A program made the position numbers and the translations under genes. From Candidatus Poribacteria bacterium (GTDB taxonomy: Bacteria > Poribacteria > WGA-4E > PCPOR2b), in assembly GCA_965116925.1 (NCBI GenBank), contig OZ220744.1:4704001-4768000 (forward strand): DNA of 64,000 bases, given 5' to 3'. A model generated the notes under the pieces. It saw nothing but the letters and a program-made list of their open reading frames with translations. It searched no databases and had not been told where the DNA came from. Below are positions 50,038 through 60,145 of this stretch, one piece after another; position 1 is the stretch's first letter; each line of letters opens with the position of its first letter.

Positions 50038-50829
50038 ATGCTCAGTCGTTCTGAAATAGAATCATTTCTTCAAGAAGGCTACGTTATCCGTAGAGGCGTA
50101 TTAAGCCAAACGGATATCGAAACATATCGTGCCGCTGTGGATTCCATCCTTCACAAATGCCGCGTCGAAAAGGTACATGAATATCTGCGCTACGTTGATG
50201 GCGAACAGGATGACATCTGGGGCGTAAATCACATCTTTCATCCAAGCATCAGAGAACAAGCACTCGTCGAATCGCTTGCACATCCCCAAATTTTGGATGT
50301 CATCGAAAGCCTAATTGGGACGCGGTTACGCTATCACCTGTGCACACTGTTGGTGAGTTCGGAACGCAAGCCGTATCACATCAACTGGCATCGGGATTCC
50401 GCACGAGATGGTGAAGTGCCGCTCGAACGACTGCTCGCCAGACTCCGGAGCAGCGTTCAGCTGAATGGGGCGTTGTACGACGATGAGACCCTCTTCATCG
50501 TCCCCGGCAGCCACCGACGGGAAATTACCGGCACTGAACGACATATCATACAGCATTCGCCCAAAGCCGATATGCCCAACCAGATGGCTGTCCAACTGAA
50601 AGCAGGTGATATTGTTTTCTACAACTCCAGTTTGCTCCACAAGGGGTATAATCGATCTGGCGTGATCCGTCAAACGCTGCATTACGCGCTTGTGGTTGCA
50701 CCGCCCGAAGGAGAACCGCCAAACCCGGATAGCCCCACGAGTCAGGAGTGGCTGAACGATTCGGCGTTCCTTGGAAGTCTTAACCCGCGAATCAAACCAC
50801 TTTTCGATAATTGGTTAAAGTATGGATAA
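50038..50829 (+). CDS. PhyH-family dioxygenase
   Basis: FLQEGY, WHRD, VPGSH, LLHKG. Confidence 0.9.
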   Translation: MLSRSEIESFLQEGYVIRRGVLSQTDIETYRAAVDSILHKCRVEKVHEYLRYVDGEQDDIWGVNHIFHPSIREQALVESLAHPQILDVIESLIGTRLRYHLCTLLVSSERKPYHINWHRDSARDGEVPLERLLARLRSSVQLNGALYDDETLFIVPGSHRREITGTERHIIQHSPKADMPNQMAVQLKAGDIVFYNSSLLHKGYNRSGVIRQTLHYALVVAPPEGEPPNPDSPTSQEWLNDSAFLGSLNPRIKPLFDNWLKYG

Positions 50830-50843
50830 TAGAGGAGGGATTT

Positions 50844-51779
50844 ATGGCAACACATCATTTTGACCCAACTGTTTATCACGTCGCAATTGGGGCACACGAA
50901 CCGGTGCTCCACATCGACAGCGGCGATACCGTCGTGACAACAACCGTTGACGCCGGTGGTGTTGACGCTGCCGGGGAGCAAGTCACTGAAGGCGGAAATC
51001 CGCAGACGGGACCATTTTATATCAACGGTGCAGCACCGGGGGATACACTTGCCGTTCACTTTGATCGACTGGTTCCCAATCGCAAGATGGGCAGAACCTC
51101 AACGGTAATTGCTCCGCATGTCCTAGATGCACAATATGTAGCCTCCGATCTACCGGAGAACGGTCGTGGAGACTGGGAAATTGATCTGGACAAATGGACA
51201 GCGACCCTTGTCTCACCGGAAACGAGCCTTGGTCGGCTCACGCTGCCGTTGGAGCCGATGGCGGGATGTTTTGGAGTTGCGCCACCGCGTAAACAGGCAA
51301 TCTCTACAGCAACCTCTTCAACGCACGGCGGAAACATGGACTACCGCGGTTTTTGTGAAGGTGTCACCGTTTATCTTCCCGTCTTTGTGGATGGTGCGCT
51401 GTTTCATATCGGGGATGGACACGCTGTACAAGGTGACGGTGAGATTGTCGGAACCGGGATTGAGATCTCGTTTGACGTGCAGTTTACGGTCAATGTAATC
51501 AAAGGCAAAGAGATCGGCTGGCCTCGCGCGGAAAACGACGACTATATCCTAGCGGCTGGAAATGCGCGCCCCTTGGATCAGTGTGTGCAGCACGCGACGA
51601 CAGAGATGGTCCGCTGGCTTAACGAACTCGGCTTGGAGGGAAATGCTCCCCACATCTTACTCGGTCAGTGTGTAGAGTACGATATGGGCAATGTGTATGA
51701 CCCAGCGTATACGATGGTCTGCAAGGTGAAAAAGAGTATCTTGCGGGATATTGGTTTAACCCTGAATCCGCTGATCTGA
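50844..51779 (+). CDS. Acetamidase/formamidase family protein
   Basis: TGPFYINGAAPGDTLAV, HGGNMD, GDGHAVQGDGE; GAGGAGG RBS. Confidence 0.92.
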   Translation: MATHHFDPTVYHVAIGAHEPVLHIDSGDTVVTTTVDAGGVDAAGEQVTEGGNPQTGPFYINGAAPGDTLAVHFDRLVPNRKMGRTSTVIAPHVLDAQYVASDLPENGRGDWEIDLDKWTATLVSPETSLGRLTLPLEPMAGCFGVAPPRKQAISTATSSTHGGNMDYRGFCEGVTVYLPVFVDGALFHIGDGHAVQGDGEIVGTGIEISFDVQFTVNVIKGKEIGWPRAENDDYILAAGNARPLDQCVQHATTEMVRWLNELGLEGNAPHILLGQCVEYDMGNVYDPAYTMVCKVKKSILRDIGLTLNPLI

Positions 51780-51796
51780 AAGTAGGAAAATTGGTA

Positions 51797-52435
51797 TCAG
51801 AATAGGGTCAACTTGGGGGACTCAGGGGCTTCTAACATTTTACGTTTCGCTTCGGCAATATCATCAATCAGAACCTGTCGGGCACGCGTATACGCTTCGC
51901 CATCCTGCCTCAACACGAATGCCGGATTATAGGTCGCCAAAACGAATGGGGCGTAAAGTGTATCTGTGAACCATTGACCCCGCTCCTCGGTCATGCGAAA
52001 ACCTTTGTGGATGAGGGTATTGGCAGCAGGGCTCCCCATACATAGGATGACCGAGGGGCTAATCAACGTGAGCTCTCCGTCGAGCCATTTTGAGCACGCC
52101 TTAATCTCCCCGGCTTTCGGCGGACGGTTCTTTACCACGCCCCCCTCTCGGACAGCAGCCCGACATCTGAGGACGTTTGTTATCCAGAGTTCGTCACGGT
52201 CTAAGTCGTTCGCATGAAGCACCTCATCAAGCAGAACTCCAGATGGACCCGAAAATGGAATTAGCGTGTGTTCATCCGTCGCTGACGGACCCTCAGCAAC
52301 AATAACAAGTTTGGAGGTAGGATCGCCGTTACCGAAGACAACGTTCAACCGGGTTTCCGCCAGTCCGCAATCGGTACAGACGATCGCTTGTGCTTTCAAT
52401 GCTTCCATTTTTTCAAAAACTTCGGTCATTTCCAT
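51797..52435 (-). CDS. Uracil-DNA glycosylase family 4
   Basis: C..C.L..TR.NVVFG.G, PFSGPSG, TNVLRCR, NRPP...EIKAC, TYNPA. Confidence 0.88.
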   Translation of the reverse strand: MEMTEVFEKMEALKAQAIVCTDCGLAETRLNVVFGNGDPTSKLVIVAEGPSATDEHTLIPFSGPSGVLLDEVLHANDLDRDELWITNVLRCRAAVREGGVVKNRPPKAGEIKACSKWLDGELTLISPSVILCMGSPAANTLIHKGFRMTEERGQWFTDTLYAPFVLATYNPAFVLRQDGEAYTRARQVLIDDIAEAKRKMLEAPESPKLTLF

Positions 52436-52859
52436 CCCTCCTCAAATAAGTGTAGGACGAATAATAACACAGGGGATTGAAGGTTGTCAATTTCTATACC
52501 CAAATGCGGTTGTGTCAGAAAGTTGTTAGTCTGCTGCTTCCATTGGAAAACAACCCAAATCACCAACCGGCGATAGGGTCATTTAATTCTCCCATATTAT
52601 TGCTGAATCACGGATAGACGCGGATTAACAGATTACACGGATAACAGATGCTATCGACAGTTGGCACAAGAACGCGCAATGAATTGCGCTACTACAAACG
52701 GTGGGGAGACCGGCTGCGCCGCCTGCGGATTCGTGTCATCCCGAAATCGCTCAAAAAATGGAAAACTAAATAGCCCTAAACCGGCGAAACTTCCTATTGA
52801 CAAAAAGGGGCTAGGCGTGTATCCTATAAAAGACGCTACAACTGTTTAAGGAGAGAATT

Positions 52860-53942
52860 GTGGAGACATGGGATACAAAACCGAGCTTTGTTCGGTCAGA
52901 CCTTCCATTGATTGACGTTGACATTCATAATCGCGTACCATCGCTAGGCACCCTCTACCCATACCTACCGGACTTTTGGGTTGAGTACTGCAGCACCTCC
53001 GGATTCGGAGGACCCGAAATGGGTGACTACCCGGGAGGCGCACCGACATCAGCACTTCCAGATACGAAACCTGAGGACGGACCGCCGGGATCAGACTTAG
53101 AGTTGCTGCGAGAGCAGACGCTCGATTTCTGGGAAGCGGATTACGGCATCCTGAACTGCGCGTATTGGGTACAAACTGTCCATAATGAATATTTGGCAGC
53201 GGCACTCGCTACCGCGACCAACAACTGGCAGGTCGAACATTGGCTCGATCCAGAGCCGCGCTTGCGCGCTTCACTGGTTGTTTCGAGTCAGAATCCACTC
53301 ACAGCAGCGCAAGAAATTGAACGCATGGGCGACCACCCCGGATTTGTGCAGGTACTGTTACCCGTGCGCTCGTTGATGCCCTATGGCAAGCGACACTATG
53401 ACCCGATTTTTGAAGCTGCTGTCCGCCATAACCTTGTCGTTGGTATCCATTACGGTGGGGCTGCGGGTATTCCCCCAAGTCCGAGCGGTTGGTTTTCGAC
53501 CTACCTAGAGGAATATGCCGGCGCGGGTCAGATTTTCCAAGCCCAAGTCATCAGCTTGGTTACGGAAGGCACGTTCGACCGATTTCCAGATCTGCGAGTC
53601 GCCTTAATTGAAGGCGGCTTTACGTGGCTACCGTCCGTCATGTGGCGGATTGATAAGGAGTGGAGAGGGCTACGTCACATTACACCGTGGATTAGACGAT
53701 TGCCCTCGGACTATATGCGCGAACACCTCCGTTTTACGCTTCAGCCCATGGACGCACCGCCGGATCCCACGCAGTTCCTTCGGATGATTGGGCAGCTCGA
53801 TTCGGACGATATGTTGATGTTTTCAACTGACTACCCACACTGGCAATTTGATTCCCCGGAGGAGGCGTTGCCGATGGGATTACCAGAATCACTGATGAAG
53901 AAGATTCTAGCGGAAAATGCACGAGAGTTCTATCAGCTGTAA
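52860..53942 (+). CDS. Amidohydrolase_2 fold protein (dinuclear oxygenase-like, subunit 1)
   Basis: IDVDIH, GIHYGG, LIEGG..W, STDYPHWQ. Confidence 0.85.
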   Translation: METWDTKPSFVRSDLPLIDVDIHNRVPSLGTLYPYLPDFWVEYCSTSGFGGPEMGDYPGGAPTSALPDTKPEDGPPGSDLELLREQTLDFWEADYGILNCAYWVQTVHNEYLAAALATATNNWQVEHWLDPEPRLRASLVVSSQNPLTAAQEIERMGDHPGFVQVLLPVRSLMPYGKRHYDPIFEAAVRHNLVVGIHYGGAAGIPPSPSGWFSTYLEEYAGAGQIFQAQVISLVTEGTFDRFPDLRVALIEGGFTWLPSVMWRIDKEWRGLRHITPWIRRLPSDYMREHLRFTLQPMDAPPDPTQFLRMIGQLDSDDMLMFSTDYPHWQFDSPEEALPMGLPESLMKKILAENAREFYQL

Positions 53943-54075
53943 AATGTATCAGGGTTGCTTTGCAAATCCTGTTCCAATCCATTTGGGGTGAGCGCATCTA
54001 AACTTGTTTAGCTAGCGAACCCCCAACTTGATCCTGAAAATCCAGAATTTCACGTTCAAAAAGGAGGAAACATAG

Positions 54076-55137
54076 ATGAAAAGCACACGGGAAAAAGTAC
54101 CCGTCATTGACACCGATATTCACAACACCCTTGCATCGCCGGAATCGCTGCATCCATACCTCTCTGAACGCTGGCGCAAGCATCAGGCGATGATAGGTGG
54201 GCGCGGACACGCTGGATCCAACTATCCACGGGGTATGCCCCACGCAGCGCGGCACGATGCCTGGCCCTCATCCGGGCTTTCACCGGGCGCAGATCTTGCC
54301 TTCATGCAGGAGCAATTGCTAGACGCTTGGGATTTTGAATACGGGGTTCTGAATCCATTGATGGGCGGCAGCGGACTCAATCTGGAGTACGTCGCAGCGA
54401 TCGCACGAGCGATTAACGATTGGCAAGTCGAAGAGTGGACTACACCCGAACCGCGCCTGAAAGCATCAATTGTCGTTCCCTATGAAGATGGGGAGTTGGC
54501 AGCGGAGGAGATTCATCGACGTGGTGAAGATCCGAATTTTGTGCAGGTGCTGTTGATTGCACGGACGGACGAACCCTTGGGACGGCGGAAGTATTGGAAG
54601 CTGTACGAAGCCGCAACGCAGTATGATCTCCCAATCGGCATCCACTTTGGTGGTACCGGTGCCGGTCCAATTACCGGCGCGGGTGCACCCTCCTACTACA
54701 TCGAGGACCACGGTGGTATGCCACAAGCGTTCCAGACGCAGGTGATCAGCCTTGTTTGCGAAGGCATCTTTGAACGCTTCCCCACACTCAAGTTTGTCTT
54801 AATTGAAGGGGGTTTCGCTTGGTTCCCACCGTTGATGTGGCGGCTCGATCAGAATTGGAAGAAACTGAAAGAGGAGGTTCCCGATCTGAAAAAGTTGCCG
54901 TCAGAGTATATGAAGGAACATTTTTGGCTCAGTTCGCAGCCGGTGGAAGAACCTCCCAAACGGGAATATTTCGACCTGTTACTTGAGCAGCTCAACGCAA
55001 AAGAGAAGTTAATGTTCGCAACCGATTATCCGCATTGGGACTTCGATGCGCCCGATCGCGCCTTCCCGACGAGTATCGCGCCGGACGTAAGGCGACGGAT
55101 TATGGCGGATAATGCACGCGAACTGTATAACTTGTAG
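54076..55137 (+). CDS. Amidohydrolase_2 fold protein (dinuclear oxygenase-like, subunit 2)
   Basis: IDTDIH, GIHFGG, LIEGG..W, SQPVEEP, ATDYPHWD. Confidence 0.85.
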   Translation: MKSTREKVPVIDTDIHNTLASPESLHPYLSERWRKHQAMIGGRGHAGSNYPRGMPHAARHDAWPSSGLSPGADLAFMQEQLLDAWDFEYGVLNPLMGGSGLNLEYVAAIARAINDWQVEEWTTPEPRLKASIVVPYEDGELAAEEIHRRGEDPNFVQVLLIARTDEPLGRRKYWKLYEAATQYDLPIGIHFGGTGAGPITGAGAPSYYIEDHGGMPQAFQTQVISLVCEGIFERFPTLKFVLIEGGFAWFPPLMWRLDQNWKKLKEEVPDLKKLPSEYMKEHFWLSSQPVEEPPKREYFDLLLEQLNAKEKLMFATDYPHWDFDAPDRAFPTSIAPDVRRRIMADNARELYNL

Positions 55138-55218
55138 AGTTCTGCAAATCAACAAATCGTTCAGGGGTTCGGTTCATGGAGAGTTCATGATATCTGAACC
55201 CCTGATCTTTATACTACA

Positions 55219-55338
55219 TAGGACTTACGCAGCGCGTTCATAAGTCCCCCTGATTTTCATAAGTCCCCCTGACAAGGGGGATTTAGGGGGTTAAAAATCA
55301 AAAATCTACCTCTCGTCTGCTAAATTTGCGTAAGGCCC
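55219..55338. mobile_element. MITE-like element, family C (GGACTTACGCA...TGCGTAAGGCC)
   Basis: Imperfect TIRs; internal duplicated TTCATAAGTCCCCCTGA and CCCCCTGACAAGGGGGATTTAGGGGG. Confidence 0.55.
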
Positions 55339-55368
55339 GCTACATTTCACACAATACAATAGAATCTT

Positions 55369-55800
55369 ATGGCAAAACATGTAGTTGCAACCGTAGACGA
55401 AATTCCGCCGGGTGAACGCAAAATCGTCGAACTTGAAGGACGATCACTCGGCGTTTTTAATATTAATGGCGAGTTTTATGCCGTGCGAAACATCTGCCCC
55501 CATCAGGGTGCTCCCCTGTGCGAGGGACGTTTGACAGGTCTTCTTCAGTCTGATATGCCCGGTGAATACAGATACACCCGCAAAGGCGAAATCTTGCGTT
55601 GTGTTTGGCACGGTTGGGAGTTTGATATCAAAACGGGGCAGTCGTGGTGGAACCCCGCGCAGAAGCGTGTCAGAAAGTACCCGGTGGAGGTAGAGGACGG
55701 GGCGACGGTGGCATCGGGGCTGCAAAAGGGGCCGTACACCGCCGAGACCTATTCTGTATCCGTCGATCAGCAGTATGTGGTTATTGACATGCCTGAATAG
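55369..55800 (+). CDS. Rieske [2Fe-2S] ferredoxin
   Basis: CPHQGAPL and CVWHGWEFD. Confidence 0.93.
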   Translation: MAKHVVATVDEIPPGERKIVELEGRSLGVFNINGEFYAVRNICPHQGAPLCEGRLTGLLQSDMPGEYRYTRKGEILRCVWHGWEFDIKTGQSWWNPAQKRVRKYPVEVEDGATVASGLQKGPYTAETYSVSVDQQYVVIDMPE

Positions 55801-55817
55801 AAGAGTGGAGGCAAACA

Positions 55818-56039
55818 GTGTTACAAACCATTGAAGCTACGATTGATGAACAGGGCAACGTGCGATTATTAGAGCCAATCTAGTTGTCAAAACCACGCCG
55901 AGCATTTGTGACGATTCTTACCGAAGAGCAAGAGCTGCCCGAAACTGCATTGCTCAGTGAAGCTGCACTTGCTGAAGACTAGAATCGTTCTGAGGAAGAC
56001 ACCGCATGGCCACACCTACAACAAGGACAGTTGTCTTAA
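55818..56039 (+). pseudogene. Antitoxin-like gene with two premature TAG stops
   Basis: VLQTIEATIDEQGNVRLLEPI*LSKPRRAFVTIL...ETALLSEAALAED*NRSEEDTAWPHLQ; TAG at 55881 and 55980. Confidence 0.65.
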
Positions 56040-56110
56040 TACCTTTTCCATTTTCTGACTTGTCACAAGCAAAACTAAGACCTGCGGCGGATGCTGAACT
56101 AAAGCATTAG
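56006..56110 (+). pseudogene. Truncated PemK/MazF toxin
   Basis: MATPTTRTVVLIPFPFSDLSQAKLRPA, then stop after 34 aa. Confidence 0.7.
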
Positions 56111-56142
56111 ATGAAAACTCAATTAAAAAGAGATAACTCAGA

Positions 56143-56370
56143 ATGGCAAGGATTGATAAACTAAAGGAAGAAATTGGTTGGTTAAAAATTATATTCGCCA
56201 TCCTGATTGCCACCGACATTTCACTGGTCGCTTGGGTGATTCAGCACTACGGAAAAACCAGCCTCCTTTTGCTTATAGTTGGTACGATAGGGGTGCTCCT
56301 GCTTACACTTGTGATCATTTGGATCAATAGAGTTGCATATCGAAAGATTAATGAATTGGAGGAATTGTAA
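56143..56370 (+). CDS. Small two-TM membrane protein
   Basis: Two hydrophobic helices; 75 aa. Confidence 0.65.
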   Translation: MARIDKLKEEIGWLKIIFAILIATDISLVAWVIQHYGKTSLLLLIVGTIGVLLLTLVIIWINRVAYRKINELEEL

Positions 56371-56462
56371 TGGAATGGTTTGCAGTTGTTGTGCTTGTAG
56401 TGTTTCTCGTTGGCATAGGCATAGTTACACGAGACGCCATAAAAAATGCCAACAAACGTTAA
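56370..56462 (+). CDS. 30-aa single-TM small protein
   Basis: MEWFAVVVLVVFLVGIGIVTRDAIKNANKR; TAATG overlap and GGAGGA RBS. Confidence 0.5.
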   Translation: MEWFAVVVLVVFLVGIGIVTRDAIKNANKR

Positions 56463-56550
56463 CAATAATTCGCCATCCCCACTGCCGGCAGATTTTGGGG
56501 CAAACTTTTTTCGTTAGACTGATATACAGCAAAAGAAATTGGAAGATAAT

Positions 56551-56751
56551 ATGAAAACCAACTGGCGGGATTGTATCGTTAGTACACCCGATATACTACG
56601 GGGCAAGCCGCGTATTAAGGGTACGAGAATCCCTGTAAGTCTTATCCTTGGATATTTGGCAGCAGATCAGACCGCAGACCAGATTATTGCTGAGTTTCCA
56701 GATCTACGGCAAACACAAATTCTCGCATGTCTCGATTATGCACGGAGTTAG
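56551..56751 (+). CDS. DUF433 antitoxin-like protein (3' end likely frameshifted)
   Basis: P.ILRGKPRIKGTRIPV..IL, EFPDL...QI.ACLDYA. Confidence 0.85.
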   Translation: MKTNWRDCIVSTPDILRGKPRIKGTRIPVSLILGYLAADQTADQIIAEFPDLRQTQILACLDYARS

Positions 56752-56773
56752 TAGAAGCTAAGGTGGCAGCTTA

Positions 56774-58042
56774 ATGGAATTGATCAGACCCGCATCAGAG
56801 TCAAGGAGTTCTGTGTCGTTTGACCAACCCTTGGATCAAGCTCATCTGGATATTGATGACAAGAAGCGGGCAAATCTCCTCGCGTGGCGTGGTCAATTCT
56901 CGCCTCAGTTCGTCCAAACTATCCTTGAAAACTATGCCAATAAGGATGATGTAGTTCTTGACCCATTTGTTGGTAGTGGAACAGTATTAGTGGAGTCTGC
57001 TCATCTAGGTCACAAAGCATTTGGTTATGAAGTAAACCCAGCTGCTGAATTGTTGGCAAAGGTTTACACATTTGCTAGTTATAGCAGAAAAGAACGGAAG
57101 TCCCTGATTTCAAATACGGACAGTTACCTATCAAAGTTTATTCCTTTGGGGCTTCCCCTCTTTGAACAAGGTGGCGTAAGTTCTAGTGACAGCATATCCA
57201 TCACGCCTCTTATTTCTAACTTGACTCAACTAAAAAATCGCGATGTTAAAGCTTTGGTTGAAGCCTTAATCGTAAAATTAGATTTGAGGGACTACAGTAT
57301 TTCGACGGAATCCTTCTGGTCAAAATGGAATGAACTCCGTTGCCTTGTTGAAACCTTGCCACAAGCTAAAAAAACGATTTCCGTATCATTGGGAGACGCA
57401 AGATATCTACCGCTAGATGACAACGTTATTGATTTTGTTCTTACTTCCCCGCCTTACATTAATGTGTTCAATTACCATCACAATTACCGCGCTTCGGTTG
57501 AGATGCTGGGGTGGAAGCCGCTTGTATCAGCAAAGTCTGAAATTGGCGCAAATCGTAAGTTCCGGCAGAATCGATTTCTAACAGTTATACAATACTGCAT
57601 TGATATGAGTCTATCGCTATCTGAGTTGGTACGGGTTTGTTGTGATATTGCAAGAGTGGTCTTTGTCGTAGGCAGAGAGTCCAACGTGCACAGAACCGCC
57701 TTTTTCAACGGTGCTATTTTACGCCGCCTTGCGGAAGATGTTGTCGGTATCCAAACGACTTTACAACAAGAACGCAAATTCCAGAACAAATTCGGCAATA
57801 CTATCAAAGAGGATATATTACACTTTATTCCTAGAGGTGCAAGTCCCCCCAGTCCTGCTCTTATTATCAGTCAGGCTCGAGAAATTGGAGAAGAAATGCT
57901 CTCGATTGCACGGCAGACAGTACCAGCAGATAGACGAAAATATCTCGAAGATGCAATCTCGCGCGTACAGGATATAGACCCTTCACCGCAATTCATACCG
58001 TCACAAGCAAAAGAATCATGGCACTACCAACACCACACTTAG
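56774..58042 (+). CDS. DNA amino-methyltransferase (likely N4-cytosine)
   Basis: Motif I LDPFVGSGT precedes motif IV TSPPY; AT-richer than the flanks. Confidence 0.88.
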   Translation: MELIRPASESRSSVSFDQPLDQAHLDIDDKKRANLLAWRGQFSPQFVQTILENYANKDDVVLDPFVGSGTVLVESAHLGHKAFGYEVNPAAELLAKVYTFASYSRKERKSLISNTDSYLSKFIPLGLPLFEQGGVSSSDSISITPLISNLTQLKNRDVKALVEALIVKLDLRDYSISTESFWSKWNELRCLVETLPQAKKTISVSLGDARYLPLDDNVIDFVLTSPPYINVFNYHHNYRASVEMLGWKPLVSAKSEIGANRKFRQNRFLTVIQYCIDMSLSLSELVRVCCDIARVVFVVGRESNVHRTAFFNGAILRRLAEDVVGIQTTLQQERKFQNKFGNTIKEDILHFIPRGASPPSPALIISQAREIGEEMLSIARQTVPADRRKYLEDAISRVQDIDPSPQFIPSQAKESWHYQHHT

Positions 58043-58929
58043 ATAAGCTTAACGCACTGCTTGATAACGACAAACTCCCTATCAACGACAAGGAACGAAT
58101 AGATCATGCCATAGAAAAATATCATGAATGGATACAGGCCATGATTGACACTGAAGGAGAGCAATCAGCCGTTATTAACCGTTTGGTTACCTTGCTCTCC
58201 GAATACAAACAGTTTATTGATCTCAATACCATATTTGATAGTGAGAGTGATTTTCTATATCGGCAAAAAGGACAACTAAAGCTTGATAATACAGTAGTCG
58301 AGGAATTTTTGCCTCACCTGATTTCCAAATCCCTGCCCGAACTTGATGAAGATATGTACGTTGGTCCTCAATCGTGCTTTTCTGCCGCATACTTTACATC
58401 AACTATAACACGGCGCGAATACGGGGGTGGCCTTCATATACGCACAAAAGCTCAAGACTTCACGATTGCAAGAAAACTCTTTATACAAACGTCATATGAT
58501 TCAGATTTTAACAACCAAATCCTAAAACGAGAAACATACCTCGGCTATATATGTGCCGAGTGTAAAACAAATCTTGATAAAACAATGTTTCAGGAGGCCT
58601 CAGCAACCGCACATGATGTAAAAACAGCAGTACCTGGGGCGAAATATTACCTGCTTTGTGAATGGCTTGACATGACTCCTATCAACACTACACCAACCGA
58701 TATTGACGAAGTACTTCTTCTGCGGAAAGCTAAAAGAATTGGTTCACAGGTAAGACATCACTATGCAACATATCAAGGTAGGCAACAAGTTCGTGAGGAA
58801 TATGCGAGATACCTCAATGAGAATCCATTTTCGCCGGAGGTATTTGCCCGCTTTGTGTCCCACATAGCGGGTGTTCTAACTGATACGGATCCGGATGAAG
58901 GAAGCGTGTTAAGCGGAGGCTATTTCTGA
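58018..58929 (+). CDS. Bpu10I-family type II restriction endonuclease
   Basis: DFLYRQKGQLKLDNTVVEEFLP, AECKTNLDKTMFQEA, LLCEWLDM. Confidence 0.85.
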   Translation: MALPTPHLDKLNALLDNDKLPINDKERIDHAIEKYHEWIQAMIDTEGEQSAVINRLVTLLSEYKQFIDLNTIFDSESDFLYRQKGQLKLDNTVVEEFLPHLISKSLPELDEDMYVGPQSCFSAAYFTSTITRREYGGGLHIRTKAQDFTIARKLFIQTSYDSDFNNQILKRETYLGYICAECKTNLDKTMFQEASATAHDVKTAVPGAKYYLLCEWLDMTPINTTPTDIDEVLLLRKAKRIGSQVRHHYATYQGRQQVREEYARYLNENPFSPEVFARFVSHIAGVLTDTDPDEGSVLSGGYF

Positions 58930-58954
58930 ACAAGGAACAACAAGGAAACCACAC

Positions 58955-60145
58955 ATGTCAAAACTAAATATCGCGCTGATCGGTGCAGGCAGACGCGGTG
59001 GGGGTGCACACCTGCCGGTGATTGCCAAACTGAAAGATGTTTACAACCTCGTCGCAATCTGTGATATAGACCAAACGGTCGCTCAACAGTACGCCGAGCA
59101 GTACGGTGCGACCCCCTACACCAACGTCCGAGATCTGGTGGCGCATGAAAAACTGGATGCCGTGGACATCACTGTGCCCGGAGTCGCCCATCACGCCATC
59201 GCTTGTTTCATGGCAGATGCCGGTGTGAACATCATCGTTGAAACGCCAATCGCTGTGACATTGCCAACGACGGATCTCATGATCTCAGCGGCAAAGAAAA
59301 ACAACGTCAAGTTGGAAGTGGCAGAAAACTACTACCGTGCACCACGAGAACGTTTTCTATCCGCTGTGATTGATGCAGGTGTAATAGGCGAGGTAGGGCG
59401 AATCTACCGGATTTTCTACGAAGGCGGCTACCACGGCATGAGTATGCTTCGGCTGCGTGCGAATGGAGAGCCGAAGTCAATCCTCGGTATCGCTCAATCC
59501 ACGCCGGTCATTCCAATCATTGATCGCATGAAACGGCACCACACAAGCGATAACTGGACATTCGGTTTCCTAGAGTTTGACAACAACGCAACCGCCCTGA
59601 TGGTCTATTCCAACGTCATCCATGCCCGTTCGCTGGGGCGTGGGCAGGGCGGCATTTCGCAGATTGACGGCAGCAAAGGAACAATTGTCGGGGAAGAGAT
59701 CCACGTTGTACCTCCCGAAGATCTGGAGAACGGCGCGAAAAGTATCGGTTATCAGCCGAAGCGTACGACAATTGATGTGGATGGAACAGAGGTGATCGAG
59801 AAGATCGAACTGGAGCTTCCTGACCAACTGATTACATGGGAAAATCCGCTAAAGAATTACCCGCTCACCGAGGGACAGATCCCTGTCGCCGACGAACTGT
59901 TGAGTCTCGCAAATGCAATCCTCCATGACACCGAGCCGGCGTACGGAGCACAACTAGGACGGCAAGATCAGGAGATGAATATCGCCATGAGCGAATCCGC
60001 TAAACAGAGTCGAGCTACCTTGACCTTCCCGCTGACCGATCTCACCGAAACCGAGCGCGACATACACGATAGATATGAAGGACAGCACGGCCATCCGATA
60101 GATGATGTCGAAGCTGGTATTGACCTCTTCTTCCCGCGTCAATGA
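58955..60145 (+). CDS. Gfo/Idh/MocA family oxidoreductase
   Basis: IALIGAGRRG, VETPIA, VAENY, YHG. Confidence 0.88.
   Translation: MSKLNIALIGAGRRGGGAHLPVIAKLKDVYNLVAICDIDQTVAQQYAEQYGATPYTNVRDLVAHEKLDAVDITVPGVAHHAIACFMADAGVNIIVETPIAVTLPTTDLMISAAKKNNVKLEVAENYYRAPRERFLSAVIDAGVIGEVGRIYRIFYEGGYHGMSMLRLRANGEPKSILGIAQSTPVIPIIDRMKRHHTSDNWTFGFLEFDNNATALMVYSNVIHARSLGRGQGGISQIDGSKGTIVGEEIHVVPPEDLENGAKSIGYQPKRTTIDVDGTEVIEKIELELPDQLITWENPLKNYPLTEGQIPVADELLSLANAILHDTEPAYGAQLGRQDQEMNIAMSESAKQSRATLTFPLTDLTETERDIHDRYEGQHGHPIDDVEAGIDLFFPRQ

Noticed and set aside
51797..52435. UdgX-type suicide glycosylase
   Set aside because: The KRRIH loop is absent (VKNRPP instead); ordinary family 4 UDG
55818..56039. Pyrrolysine or TAG recoding
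   Set aside because: The TAGs are single transitions from the CAG/TGG codons expected from recalled homologs, the partner toxin is also truncated, and TAG ends many normal genes
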